From the NCBI RefSeq assembly GCF_009914755.1, contig NC_060935.1: a stretch of DNA of 64,000 bases. One strand, written 5' to 3'. Under the pieces are notes generated by a model, which saw only the letters and a list, made by a program, of their open reading frames with translations, was not told the DNA's origin and did not search any database. This document shows positions 1 to 17,237 of this stretch, piece after piece; the stretch's first letter is position 1; every line of letters begins with the position of its first letter. Origin of the DNA: the human T2T-CHM13v2.0 reference genome, Homo sapiens. The position numbers and the translations under genes were made by a program.

Positions 1-1554
1 TTAGAAAAAATAATCTCTCTTCTGTTATTTAGTGTGTTATTAGCTATAAATCACCTAATCTCAAAGTCTTAATTGTGCATGGTGCAAATATAGTCTTTTG
101 CCTTTCGTAGTTACAGTCTGGATCACCCATGGGAATATCAGGTAAGTAAATAGTTTATAGTTTATTACTTCACCTCCTTGTGAACTGAGATGATTGAGCA
201 GAGCTGGAGAAGTTGATATGCATGCATTAATATTTTGTTCTTTGCACACGTATTCAACTAATATTTGTTCAGTTGATACCCTGTGCAAAGTACAGGAAGA
301 ACACTGTGGGAGATAGAAGTAAAAGGCAAAAACTTTAAATGTGGTTGAGAAATATTAGAGAGACATATTGTTTCCTAGTGTAATATTAGTCATAAAATCA
401 TTGTACCTTGGTACCAAAAAGGGACCTTCAAAATCATCTCATTCCCTCATTTACGGATGAGGAATATTCAGAGCAAGAAAGACCTCACTGTGGCCCAGAG
501 GCTGAGCAAGTTTAACGGGGTTGTCAAGGCCAGAGTTCAACCTTCATAGACAGGATTTGGCTCCGTGCAAGGGAAGAGAAAGGCCTTCTTGCTGTAGGGA
601 GCAACTGTCTTTGGTCCTGGTAGCCAGTTGGATACCGTGGTTTGCGAACCGATGTGCATTGTGTTGCAAAATCTTATTGCTGTTATTCCTGTGGTTACCC
701 CTTATTATAGTAGTGTCTTCAAGAGGAAGACTCAAACATGAGTAAATATTGATGTCTCATGTAAAAATTTTCCCTCAACTGTTTGGGGATGCACTGGCTG
801 CCATTTATTCTTAACAGCTTAAATAAAAGAGAAAGGGAGAGGAACTCTCATTCTATCCAACAAAATCCTTCCATCAAACACAGAGCTTCCCTTTCCTCCT
901 TACTTCAACAGGTAGATTCCTTCAAAGTTGGAATCCTTTTTGTAACATAGTTTGATGACCCCTGTGTGCATTGGATGCATAATCACTAAGGATACACATC
1001 TATTAGAAATGAATAGAATACCAAAAAGAGAAAATCAATGGGATTCCATAGAAGTCATATAACTGACTGCGTGAGATGGAAACATCCTGATGGAAATGCC
1101 TGTATGATGCCAGTCATCACAGTAATGGGAAATCTTCCGATCACTGACTATATTTTGGGGGCCTTGCCAGACACTGGTTTGTTTGCAGGTGCTCCGGTTT
1201 AATGACTTGCCTTCATGTTCCAGCAACGAGCTCTTCCTGCTTGTCCTTACTCTGTGGAACCAATTCCAACATCAGAAGTTGAAATGAGGCACAAATGCCT
1301 TTTCCTCTATTTTCTCTACTCCTCAGGTTTTTGGTTTTACTTTTTTTTTTGGACAGTTATAATTTGGCAAATTTGTATACTTTTATACTGGCATATCTTA
1401 AACTTTTACCTGTTGCTTTATATCATTCAGTTTGGATCACATTGGAATCTCAGCTAACCTCATTCTTAGAATGTCAGTTAAATGCCACTCTTTCATGAGA
1501 ATCCTGATGGCCTATACTTGGTTAGATCTTCCTGAATACTCTTTTTCCTCCCCT

Positions 1555-1671
1555 TAGAGATGGGGTCTTGCTCTGTTGTCCAGGCTGGCCTCGATTGCCT
1601 GGCTTCAAATGATCTCCTGCCTCATCTTTCCCAAGTGCTAGCTTTACAGACATGAGCCACTGTGCCCAGCC
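1555..1671 (-). mobile_element. Alu left monomer (FLAM-like)
   Basis: AGAGATGGGGTCTTGCTCTGTTGTCCAGGCTGG...GAGCCACTGTGCCCAGCC, single arm only. Confidence 0.8.
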
Positions 1672-1780
1672 CCTCAACACTCTTTATAGCACCTGAACTA
1701 CTGCTTTTTAAATCATCTGCCATCCTGGCTAGACCCTACGCTGGACAAGGACCTGGTCTGTCTTTTATGCATTTATTTAA

Positions 1781-2091
<311 letters not shown>

Positions 2092-2197
2092 AGGACATGG
2101 TCTTCTCGTGTATTGTTTTATCCCCAGTTAGTGTGTAGATCTCTTGTGTGTACAGTAGGGATTCCACAATTTATTTAGTTGAATTGGATTTTATTCT

Positions 2198-2908
<711 letters not shown>

Positions 2909-3354
2909 CAGATTGGATTTTTAAAATTACATATTTTTTTGCATGTAATCAGGAACTTGCCTGTGGACCCAGGGGGCCACATGCAGAAAGGTAATCTCCA
3001 GTGGCTTTTTCTAGTAACTGGGTCCAGTGCCCTGACATTGTGCACATCTCCCCAGCATGCCTGGTGGAGATTCCTAAACCAGGGCTATAGTCCACTTCCA
3101 GGGCCATAGTCAGAGAAGGGGAGAAAGTTTCAAAACTTATGTGAAAAGGCTAATGAGTAACCTCATTGAATGTTTATCATTCTTGAAATTCTCTTTGGCC
3201 ATTTTACTAGTCCTGTACTCTCTGGCTTGTGCTGCTGCCTCTTATGCTATATAATGCCTGTCTCTTCTATTGATGATTTCCTCTTCCAGCCCTGTTGATG
3301 AAGATGTACTCCAAGGTCCAGTCCTTCATCCTCTGTTTCTTTCTCTCTCTCTCC

Positions 3355-3641
3355 TTTTTTTTTTTTTTGTTGAGATGGAGTCTCACTCTATTGCCCAGGC
3401 TGGAGTGCAGTTGGCTCACTGTAACCTCCACCTCCTAGGTTCAAGCGATTCTCCTGCCTCAGCCTCCCGAGTAACTGGGACTACAGGTGCCTGCCACCAT
3501 GCCTGGCTAATGTTTGTATTTTTAATAGAGACAGGGTTTCACTATATTGGTGAGGCTGGCCTCGAACTCTTGACCTTGTGATCCTCCCACCTTGGCCTCC
3601 CAAAGTGTTGGGATTACAGGCATGAGCCACTGCGCCCAGTC
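3355..3641 (-). mobile_element. Alu (AluS) inserted in an L2 remnant (~3170-4230)
   Basis: Dimeric Alu flanked by CATCCTCT(T)GTTTCTT on both sides. Confidence 0.92.
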
Positions 3642-5827
3642 CATCCTCTTGTTTCTTAAATCTTTCTTCTTGGGAGATGAATTCTGCTTTCAACCCTTCA
3701 ACTTTGGTTTTGAGTGAATTTATGCATTCATCTCAGAGCCCTTCTGGGGAGCATCAGCTTGTGACTGTCTCTGACACTTGGATGTGTGATTGTCACTTCA
3801 AACTGTAAGCCTCATGTTTTCTCCCAAAACATTCCCACGTTGCAGACATCAGATTTCTCTCAATGGCCCTAAATCCAGCAGTCACCTCGAGCGTCTTGAG
3901 TCTTCCCCTTCCTGTGTGTCTGCCTGTCTTCTCCCCACCCTGCAGGTTGTTTCCAGATACTACTGGATTTTCCTCGACAATGCCTCTGGAATCCATCCCT
4001 TCCTTCCCCTCTTGGAACTCAGTTCCTGCTCTTTTCACAGCTCACCCTGTCACCAGGCACTGTACTCTCTAGAATTCCTACACTTCCTACACCACTCAGC
4101 CTTTGCCACATGTTTCTTCATTTCCCTCTTTACCTTTAAATAATTAGTTTTTTTGAGGGCAGAGATCAGGAATTGCTTCTCTTCTTGTCTCTACCAGTCA
4201 GCACAGAGCTGAGTAGCTGTTCAACAGAGTTCCCTAATGATGATGACAGTGAACCAGAGGATTCCTCCCAGGAAATTTTGTGTGTGGACTTTGCCTCTGT
4301 GAATGCCAGGATGTCAGCTAGAAATGATTGAGCACAAGCTATGAGGCAGAGGGATGGATGAGGTTAGCACAACAAAGCAGTGTTGTGACTTCTTAGTGAA
4401 TAGAGACATCTTTACAATATGGAACATTCACTGGATCTGCTAAGTTGGGTGATTGAAAAAAATCAGTGCCTTTTTTGGAATAGTTCTTCATTGTCTTTCA
4501 TACTCATTTGCAATGTTATCCCCCAACAAGCTTGTAGAGAAGTATTACTATTGCCTTTTTATAGAAGAGAAAACAGAAGCTTCGAAATATGACCAAGGTC
4601 ATAGAGCTCAAAGGTGTCAGAACCACATCTCTAGCCCTGAAATCCTGATTCCAGGTAAAATCAATTCAACAAAGCATGGAGTTAAGCACCAGGAAGATGG
4701 AGTTTCAAATTTTTTTCCTAAAGAAGTTTTCAATCTCGTGAGAAACAGATGGGTAAACAACATAACTCCTAATTCAAGGTTTGAATTAAGTAAGAGTGAA
4801 TCAGGACACAAACAGAATGTGTGGGTGCATGAAGGTAGGAGTGAGTGATTCTGTCTTTGTACTAAACAGCAGCTGTTCCTGGCAGCTTTCCGTCAGGGAG
4901 TGCTTGTGAAGCATGGATGAAAGCAGGTGTGGGTGTATATGGAAAACAGCATGGCCGGGAGGAGAAAGACCACACCATGTCCATGTGCTAACTGGCCAAT
5001 GGAGGTGAAGGGTGGTGGAGGCTGCGGGCTGGATGATGACTGAATTAGGTGATGTGACATTTTAGGCAGCATGAGAAAGTCTAGAAACCTACCTGTTGGG
5101 CTAGCTTAATCGATCTCACTTAGCTCCAGCATTGCTGAGTGGTTTTGTGGGTGTCTACATTTCTAGTGATATTGCAGGGATAAGGTGATAAGACTTGGCT
5201 TGTCTCTGCAAAGTGAAGAATATGAAAAGAAGGTGTGAAGCAATCAGGCTTCCAAGGTCTCTCTGATGTCCTTTGCTTATTTTCCAAACTTTCTTCATTT
5301 TTCTAAATCTCCCCAATCTTTTCTCCCCACTCCACCTCTCTGCCCTTTATTTTTAAACCTTTGTAAACTTCTTAAGTTTTTATTTAACTGGAGGGTTATT
5401 CCAGAGTCTCTATCATGGTAGTCTAATATGGATTTTAGAATAAATTTATTCCGTGTTTCTAATTCATTTACATTTAACTCACAAAATGCCCTTCCTCCTT
5501 TTTTTTTTTTTTTTAATGAGGTAGTTAATGTTGCTAAGACATTTTGTCAGCCTTTGAGTTGGCCTCTTAAAACATTTTCTGTTTTCTTCAGTCACACAAA
5601 ACTGGAATCTGTAGAGAGTGCATCTGTTTCATTCACTCTTGCTGGACTAGAAACTTGGTGAATCACAGTTAAAAGGCTACTCAGAATCTCTTTGTATTTC
5701 CTCCCTCCCTCTGTCCTCCTCTCTCCTAGGCTTACAGATTATGCGTATGGGGACACGGTCATGGAACTTTCACATCTGGTGACCACCAACACTCAGCTCG
5801 CTCTCAGCATAAGACAGGGCAAAGTAA

Positions 5828-6213
<386 letters not shown>

Positions 6214-8743
6214 TGACCCCCAACTCCATCCTTCCTTGCCTGTTACTAACCTTGAGAAGGGCTGTGCCTTGGGACCCTCAAACTTTTCTGTGGATTTTTT
6301 TTTTTTTAACAGATCTACTAAACCCAAGTAACTATTTGGGGAGTGTTGGTAGTTTTAGGAAGATGTCCAGCCAGGTGAGCCCTTCCTCTGACTTCTCTGA
6401 GCTCCCTGGTTGCTGTCAGTCTCGGTATATGGCTGCAAGGGCATTGGAAGACTTCCATTGAGCAAAGAGAAACTGGCCGACTCTGCTACTGCTGAATCTT
6501 GCTTTGCATGTGAATGCACAGATGATAAGAAGATACGTATGCATGCTTCACAAGTAGGTGTGCTTTCTTGATAAGAAAATTAATCTACTTTAATTTGGCT
6601 CAATCACTGAGCATTATGAAACTAAGTGAAGGGAGAGAAAGAAAGGGAACCAAGTGCCCCCTGGGCACTTCACATACATTAATGCCGTTAATCCTCACGA
6701 TAATCCAGGAGGGAGAACTGTTATTGGCCTAACTTTATAGGACATTGAAATCAAGAAAGACTTGGTAACCTGCTCACTGTGTGAGTCAGGAATAGAGGCC
6801 TTATTTTTTCCACTACCTCAAACTACCAGCCAGTTGGTAGGAACGGGAGCTTAGGGGAATACTTCGGTGTGGGTGATTTTATGTTTTTTTTCTAGGAAAC
6901 TCAGCTATAGCTGCCCAGTTATCCATGGCGTACATCTTCCAGGTTATCTGCATACTTCTGGACCAGTGTCTTTGTGTGTGCGTTGTTTATGTCCCTCTGA
7001 AGCTTTCTGTGTATATATAGGTCACACATTCCTGCAATGTAAATCAGTCAAGCAGGCAGCTTAGAAATTCTTATCCATTCAGACCTTTGGCCTTTGCTTG
7101 TGTAAACTGGAAATGTGGGTGTGGAGAGTCAATGTGGGGACTAGAATGTTGGAAGAATAGAAGAGAAGCCCACAGGAGGTGTGTGAGGGCAGAAACTGTA
7201 CTTGGGGGATTTTGCCCTGAGGTTCAAGTATGGCTGTAGCTGCGGGGACCTGGCTTCTGCCATGAAGGAGGACTTAGATGGAGGAGCTGTGCCAAGAACC
7301 AGCAACCCTGGAGTGGGTACATGCCTGGCCCAAGCATGTTCACATGCACGAGTTCACTGACAGCTTTCAGAACCAGCATGACTGAAAATACTCTGTTTAG
7401 CCTACCAAATGTTCCACATCTCCCCAAGCTCCCAGGATGTCTCCGGCACCCACCAACCACTCATGTACTCAGGTTTTCCAGAATCCAAAAACAGATTCTC
7501 AAAAAGGCCGAACATTTGGCAGGGAAGTATTTCTAGGTAAATGATATGCACAGTTATGTGATCTCCATCCCAGAGGGAAACATTGGCTAAGAGGATTGGT
7601 TGAAGAAAAACAACTATTAGAAAATGTGTTCAATGGGGTCATGTTTATGCTCCTTCTGTCAACTAAAACTGTGTGTTTAAACAATGTCTTTGGTTTATTA
7701 CAGTCATCACACTGTCAGTAGCAGATAATGTGCTTGAATTTCACAAGTGTATGTAAATGATCTAGGGTAGCAGGGCAGCTGTCCCCAGTCAACGTTTTCA
7801 CATTGTGATAATTCTCAGGAAAGAGAAAGACATACTTAAGAGTTGTACGTTATCTGTCTTCTCAGTAACCAAAGTGTCTCCTAATGTATGCATTAATTTA
7901 TAATTTGGCACTGTTTTTAAAACCTGGGTTTGATTTTTAGTCAAAATACAGATTTATGGTGGGATTTATTTCACAGTACTTTTTTGCAAGAGTAGGAAAT
8001 GTTGGAATGCAAGCGCTTTGTGAAATTAAAGCTCTGGGTCAATGCTACTTTGTTGGAAATCAAGTCATATATTAAAATTAGAAAAGACAGCAAGCAGCTG
8101 GCTCAAGTATATTTTGTCTCACTTTTCTGCTCCCCATGGGCTTGCTTTTCGGAGAGATCCAGTGGTTTGTAGCACACACATTACCCACCAACTCCCATTC
8201 CAGCCGTGCCTGTTCTTCTGAACTTTAGAGACACATATCAAATACCAAGAGCTCAAGACAGTGCCTCATTGCGATTCTATTTGTTGACAATGGTGATCCT
8301 TTTAAGATCCTGAAATGTTTCTCAGCATCACGGCAGCTTTGTGTGTGCGCCTCCAACTTCACGGGGGCGCTCTCAGCCAGTGGGGAAGAGTACACTCTTA
8401 GAGCGGAATTTGCATCAGAACGTTGGGTCAAGATTGCTGAAACAATGGACTTTGGTGATTAGGATGTTGCTTTAAGTCACTATTATTTATTAGAAGTTGT
8501 GTTTTTTTTTTTTTTTCATGAAGATTTTTCATTAGGTTTAAGCTTTATGGAACCAAATTGCCCAAATCTCTGGAAGTCATTTTTAAATAACCAGCAATTG
8601 CTTTTCAGCCTACTAAAGGATAGGATCATCAGTAGAATCATTTCTATAAATTAATCTATAAGGTTAGTGTAACTCTAATCAAGTTTTTAATGGGACTTGC
8701 TTTCTTTAGAGTCTAACAAGTTGATTTCTAAAGTTCAACTGGA

Positions 8744-9031
<288 letters not shown>

Positions 9032-9999
9032 CGGAAGTTCAACTGGAAAAATAAATTAATGTCAATAGCCAAGAAAATTCTGTAAGCAAAATAAAGGGGG
9101 GACTCGTTCTACCAGATAAGAAAACTCCCTAAAACCCCACAATCATTAAAGTGGAGTGATCCTATAATAGGATCATATATTAGTTCAGTAGAACAGGACA
9201 AAATCTGGGAATAGACCCATGTATACATAATATAACCCAACTATTTCTAGGGCCCCATATGGCCTAGTGGATGTAAATCAGAAATCTGACTGTGGAAGCC
9301 TTGAATATGAAGATCTTTATTTTACTTGTTCCTAAAGGAGTATATTCATGGATTTCACAAAGTATACTCCCTAAAATATTTTCCAGAAATCTTGTCTAAA
9401 TAGCCTTCACTCTCCTGCAAGGTGCAAACTCACGGCAGCCTCTAAAAATGTGTCCCCATCTCTCTGGTCTTCGTGGTTTTCTAACTTTCTCTTCCCCCAC
9501 CATTCCCTGCCCCCCATACATTGTGTTCCCAATTTGTGACCACCTCCACAGAGGGCAGCCCTTGGGAAGGGTAGTTTTTTTCCCCAGTTGGCTGCTTTTC
9601 TGGAGAGCGGGATATTCCCGGAATTCTGCTGATGGAAATTCCCCAGGAGACTCCCAGAATTCTGATGAGCAAAAATTCCCAACTTCATTTCTTTGGGAAT
9701 TTACTATATCTTAACCCTGCCATTTTAAGTCACTGAACTAGTCAATATATGGTGTTAGGGTTTTTGGCTATCCATTCAGAAAAAATGTGACATACTTATA
9801 TTTTGTAAAATAACCATTTTGTAACTATATGTTTCAATAGATTAATATACATATTACTGGATTTAGGTCATATATATATATGTACATAGGAACAATTCTG
9901 TAAGTTTATCTCTAAGATTTGGGGTTGAAAGCAGTGAGGGGAGTCTTCTACTTTATGTAGTTTTGAATTGTTTTAAATTTATTTTGTAGCAAATGTGTG

Positions 10000-11890
<1,891 letters not shown>

Positions 11891-12349
11891 AATGATGTTT
11901 CTTTTAAAAGAATGAATGTGATTCAAGAACCCAAACATCTTTTGACATAAAGGGAGAAAATTGACATAAAGCGAGAAAATTCTCTAGACCTTTGGATTCT
12001 GAATGGGCTAAAGAGCCCCCCTTTCCCAGGAGAACACCCACAATGTTTGTTTTACTAGAAGTGTCATAAAACTAAACACATTTTATACTCAATTTCTGGG
12101 ATTTCTAGACTGATTTTCTTTGCCTAGCTTTTAGAAGAAGTTTTAACCACTCCTTGGGATCAAGGGTCAATGAAAGATTATTCTTTTTGACAAACTGAAC
12201 ATAAAATTAAACTTTAGAATGGGAATGAAACTTATAACTCATTTAATGTAACTTTCCTTTTTAAAAAATTTTAAAAAAAAGATACGCACCTGTGCAAAAT
12301 GTGAACAATGCAGAAGTATCATCTAGATTTGGGGATGCCAAGGGACATG

Positions 12350-13490
12350 GGCTTTCCTACTGCTTCTCTGTCCCCTCCTCAGTGTCTTTGGCCGGCTCGT
12401 CTTCCTCTCTGTGACCTGAGATGTTGGCGTGCCCCAGAGTTCAGCCCTTGTATTTCTTCATTTTTTTATTCCACCCACTCCCTTGGTGATCTCATGCAAT
12501 CCCATGGTCCAATATGCCACATAGACTCCCAGGAATTGTGTCTCTAACCCAACCTCTATCTGACTGACTCCTCAACATGTGCAAGATGTCTAATAGCAAC
12601 TTACCTAACACAGAAATCATGGTTTTCTCACTTAATCCTGCTTTTTGCCCAGTCTTTCCCATCTTGGTAAAGGGCACCATCCTTCCTCCAGTTGCTAAGA
12701 CCAAAACGTCAGGCCTCTCCTGGCAACTCTCTCTCTCATACCTGACATTCAGTCCTTCAACAAGTCCTCTCAACCTTAACTATAAAATGCACCCCCTCTC
12801 ACTGCTGTAGCTGCTGCCTCTGGTCTACTGGCCTCCTCACTGGTTTCTCTGCTCCCACCCTGGCCCCTGCAGTCCAACCTCCTTAGGGATCATTTAAGAC
12901 ATCAGTCAGATCATGTCCTCCCTCAGCTCACATCTTGCCAATGGCTTTTTTAAAAATCACATTTTGAATAAAATCCAAGTGATTTGCCCTGACCTACAGG
13001 GCCCTGCGTAATCGGGCTCCAACAGATCTCTTCCCAGTTTTCTCTCCTGTGACTTCTGCCCTTGCCTACTCTGCCTTTCTGCTGGTCTTTCAACCCATGC
13101 TCATTCGGCCTTTAGGGCTTTGCCTGTGCTGGTTCTGGGGCTGGGGTGCTTGTCCCGTACCTTCTCCAGGCTCTCCTCTGCGTGGGGGTGCTTACCTGCA
13201 GAAGGGTCATCTTCCCACCATGGCCTTCCCTGACTCCTCATCCCCAATACTGCCCTCTGCCCCACCTGCCCCATCTTCACACTTTGCTGTATTTTTCATC
13301 ATAGTTTATCACTACCTGGCACTATTTACATATTTACTTGTTTATTTGTTTGCTGTCTGCCTCCCCAAATGGATGTAAGCTCCATGAAGGTAGGACTTTA
13401 TAGTATTCGTTGCTATCTCCCCAGCTTCCAGAGCGGAGTGTAGCCCATAGTAGATGCTCAGTAAATATTCATGGCTGGATTGAATGCAGG
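12350..13490 (+). mobile_element. L2 3' region
   Basis: CTCCTTGGTGATCTCAT, AGTCAGATCATGTC, TGTAAGCTCCATGAAGG and terminal TAGATGCTCAGTAAATATT...TGAATG. Confidence 0.8.
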
Positions 13491-13751
13491 ATTAGATGCA
13501 AATGTGTAGATTCCTTTTCACCCTGTTTTATTCCAAGCCCAGAGGTTATCACTGTTAACAGTTTGATAACTAGCCTTCTAGACTTTTAAAAATGCATTTA
13601 TAAAGGCAGACAAAAAAAAAATCATAGTTTTAAAGAATAATACAAATGATTTTACATCATATTTTTCTCAATAATATATTAGGTATTTTCTCGTATTAGT
13701 TTATATATAGTTTATCCATCTATTCATCTCTCTTTCTCATCAGTTTATATG

Positions 13752-14043
13752 TTTTTTTTTTAAGAGACAGAATCTCTGACTGGGCACGATGGCTCACACC
13801 TATAATCCTAACATTTTGGGAGGCTGAAATTGGAGGATTGCTTGAGGCCAAGAGTTCAAAACCAGCCTGGGCAACAGAGACCCTGTCTCTACTTTAAAAA
13901 AAAAAAAAAAGTAAGTAAAAAAAAAAAAAAAAAAAAAAACAGAGACACGGTCTCACTCTGTTGCCCAGGCTGGTCTTGAACTGCTGGCTTCAAGCAGTCC
14001 TCCAGCCTCAGCCTGCCAAAGTGCTGAGCCACCACACCTGAAC
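13752..14043. mobile_element. Two Alu monomers in inverted, tail-to-tail arrangement (+ 13778-13939, - 13941-14043)
   Basis: + left monomer with a long A tail immediately followed by a - left monomer whose T tail lies at 13752-13761. Confidence 0.85.
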
Positions 14044-15589
14044 TAGATAGTACTTTTTAATGGTTACATTGTAGTTCATACTATGGATGTACCACAATTT
14101 ATTTAATTATTTTCCTGTTGAGAGATATTAATATATAGGTTATTTCCCCTGCTCATGATTATAAGCAAGGCTGCAGTGAATATGCTTGTATATAAATCTT
14201 TGTACGCATAGACCTCAAATTACGAAATTCCCTGTCAGTGACTTGGTAGATACTGCTTAATTTGTCCTCAAGGATTATACTGTTTTATACTCCCACCAAC
14301 AATATATGAATGCCTATTTCCCCGTATGCTTGCCAATGCTAGATATTACCACACTTTCAAAATATTATTCAATGTTGGGTAAAAAAATATTTAACTCTCT
14401 TACAAAAGAGAAAGGTGATACAAAGCCTTCCTTACAGGTGGATTGTTAGTCATTTCCTATAATGATAAGCTTCTTAGTTTCTAGATTACACATTAGCCTG
14501 CTAAAGAAAGATAGTCTCTTTTGAAAGAAGTGACAGACTTAAAGGAGTAAGGTGATTTAAGATGAGAAACATCTTATGCCTTTTTAAGAAGCTTCCAACT
14601 TCTTTTCCAAGAAGTATCATTTCAGGATGTGTGCTGTGAGATCCAAACCACAAGCCCACATATCCTCATTTTCTTGCTCTAAAATATCACTCCCAGGTGA
14701 TTTTTTTTTCTTAAAAAGAATCCACAGCACAAAACATCAAGTGTTGGAGTTGGCTGGAGAGTTAATGGAAGTTGTAGCAAGTGGTGATTTATTGTTATTT
14801 AACCACTTTGTGGTTTCTGCTGGGCCTAGCTAGAAGTGTACTCAAAGAATAAGAGAAGCTATTTGTTTTATCAACTGTGACTGGGGGCCAAACAAAGGCA
14901 TGGGAAGGAATAAGAAGAGAAATGCCAACCCAGAGAAGAGAGCTGGAGCACAGGTAGTACCTGGATGCTTCTGTGATGTTAGTCGGTTTCAACTCAGAGC
15001 TAGTGTGAATGTTGGTTGGCTCAGATGCTGGCTGTGGCCTTGAAGTCACTTTTCAGGGCTGGACTGAGTCCCAAAGGGCAGTCCCTGGGTCTTCTCCATT
15101 TTCATCAGATATCAAATGGGGAGGATGAGAGGTCCTTTCGTGGCATCAGTATATTAGAGTTTGAAGGATTCTTTAGAATCAGCTAGTTTTCTTACTCACC
15201 TTATAGATGATGAAACTGAGAGATAAAATGATTCACATAGGTAATGATCCAGACATTTTAAGCTCTGTGTTGAATAATCAAAGGGAAAAGCTCTTTACTT
15301 GAACTTTACAGATTTAACAGATTGTTGGACAGAAAAGAACTCTTGCCTTGAAATTCCTAACGCAGGAGTGGCATATAACTGGTATGTATGCCACCATACC
15401 CTGCCCCGGCCACATGCCCATAGCAGACATTGTTAATCGACCCAGCACCTTTTCCTCAGCCAAGCTCTGGCCAGCCTGAGAATCCTCCTTAACATAGTGC
15501 TGGAGGCGCCAGTCATACCGATCTGAGCTTTCATGTGATTTAAAATCTGTTTGCCTCCCTCTTCTGAATGATGTATCCATGTGATTCAT

Positions 15590-15780
15590 GATGTGCTGAT
15601 AGCATGGGACTTCAAGTCAGAAGAACTTGGTTTGACTCCTCCATCTGCTGCTTCCTAGTTACGTTATCTTAGGCAACTCACTTAACCTTCCTGGGGCAAT
15701 TTACTCCCTCTGAGATGAGAAAGTTGAATTAAATAATCCGAAAGCATCCTGTCAAGCTCTGAAAAATGCTATGCTTCAAG
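15590..15780 (+). mobile_element. MIR
   Basis: AAGTCAGAAGAACTTGGTTTGACTCC...TTAGGCAACTCACTTAACCTT core. Confidence 0.7.
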
Positions 15781-16243
15781 GTACACAGACTTCTCAGGAA
15801 GAATTCATAGCTACAAGCATGTCTTTTTATAAAGACCACAGGTGGTTCTCAGGAAGTTTGCATATTACAAATCTATTTCGGGTTTCTGAAATATGTGTCT
15901 CTAGCTTTTCCTGACTACTTCTTTTCATCTGCCTGGTCCCATGGACCAAGAATTTAGGGATTCCGAAGGGAGAGAGGGGAAAGATCTGCTTAAAACCAGA
16001 GGACTTGCAGGAACCTCTTCTGGGCCGTGGGCTTCATCTTCCCACACCGAGCAGAGCAGACCTCTGTGCCTGCCCTGCAGCTGTAGGTCTTGAGTTACCT
16101 CTCCTTCCCCTTCCTCCATCTGTACCTCCTTAAGAGCAGGGCCCTCCCTGTCAGACAGACCTCAGCCAGCGGCCCTCCGCAGGTCCTGGCCTGCTTCCCC
16201 ACACCGTTCCCTGTGGTGACCTGCCTCCCTGCTTGTTTTCCAG

Positions 16244-16544
16244 GCTCCCCTTCCCTGCGGGCATATCCGCTCCTCTCGGTGATCACCCGCCAGCCCACTG
16301 TCATCTCCCACCTGGTCCCTGCCACCCCGGGAATCGCCCAGGCACTGTCCTGCCACCAGGTCACCGAGGCGGTCTCTGCTGAGGCCCCAGGGGGCGAGGC
16401 CCTAGCCAGCAGCGAGTCAGAGACGGAACAGCCCACGCCCCGACAGAAGAAGCCCCGCCGGAGTCGCACCATCTTCACCGAGCTGCAGCTCATGGGCCTG
16501 GAGAAGAAATTCCAGAAGCAGAAGTATTTGTCAACCCCAGACAG
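16244..16544 (+). CDS. BARX2: BARX2 coding exon 2 (GSPSLRAYP...QKYLSTPDR), N-terminal half of the homeodomain from PRRSRTIF at 16453
   Basis: Pyrimidine tract plus CAG acceptor at 16241-16243; donor AG|GTGAGG at 16545; 301 nt, phase 1 in and phase 2 out; translation [33 protein letters not shown] matches BARX2 as I recall it. Confidence 0.98.
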
Positions 16545-17237
16545 GTGAGGACGCAGGGAAGGGACTCTCCGCAGTGAAGGCCCCTGGGAACGGGAGACTT
16601 GCTCCCATTGTGGGCCGTGGAGCCACAGCACTGGTACAGTGAGGCAGGACACTATGGCGGAGTCCACTCCTTGGCTCAAATCATCTCAACCTTGGTTAAC
16701 AGAACCCAGCCCACATGAATCCACCACACGGTCCCTGGAGCCTGCCTGCGGCTAAACTTAACTCACCACTTTATCTCCATATTTGAACTTAACTATTTCA
16801 GTATCATAAACAAGGTCCAGTTTAGCAAATGGTTGCTCAGGCGGTCAGCTGGGAAACAGGCTTGGTTTTTAAGCCACTCACTCTTAGGATTGGAGGCAGC
16901 AGGACTAGATTTGGAATTGGGATTCATGATCTTCTCAATCTTCTCCACAGCCTCCAGCTGATTCCCCACTGACTCAGTTTGCTGGCCTGGCTATTGCTTG
17001 GGAAGGACTGGAGGGATCCAGTTGAGGAGGTCAGACATGTTAGTGAATTTGCTGGATGTCAAGTCAGAACCATTTGACTGAGACCCAGGAGGACCTGGCT
17101 GAGAGCCCCTTCTTTGAACCCCTCTGAGATCCATGTTGGGGAGGCTGTGACCCTTGCTTTCTTGGAGGCCTCAATGCCTCACCTCCTTTTCTTTAATTTA
17201 CTATTTTAACTGAAACATATGCCAGAGTGTGTGTCTG

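Noticed and set aside
521-1500. Overlapping short ORFs, considered as a processed pseudogene or hidden exon
   Set aside because: No recognisable protein similarity, poly(A) plus TSD, or consistent splice frame
16090-16243. In-frame open extension upstream of exon 2 with a pyrimidine tract and AGs at 16134, 16136 and 16139
   Set aside because: These acceptors would add 109, 107 or 104 nt, none a multiple of three; the listed start is TTG; no support for a longer isoform
16095-16679. 194-aa ORF on the - strand
   Set aside because: Antisense shadow of GC-rich BARX2 exon 2; no recognisable domain and no ATG at the listed start
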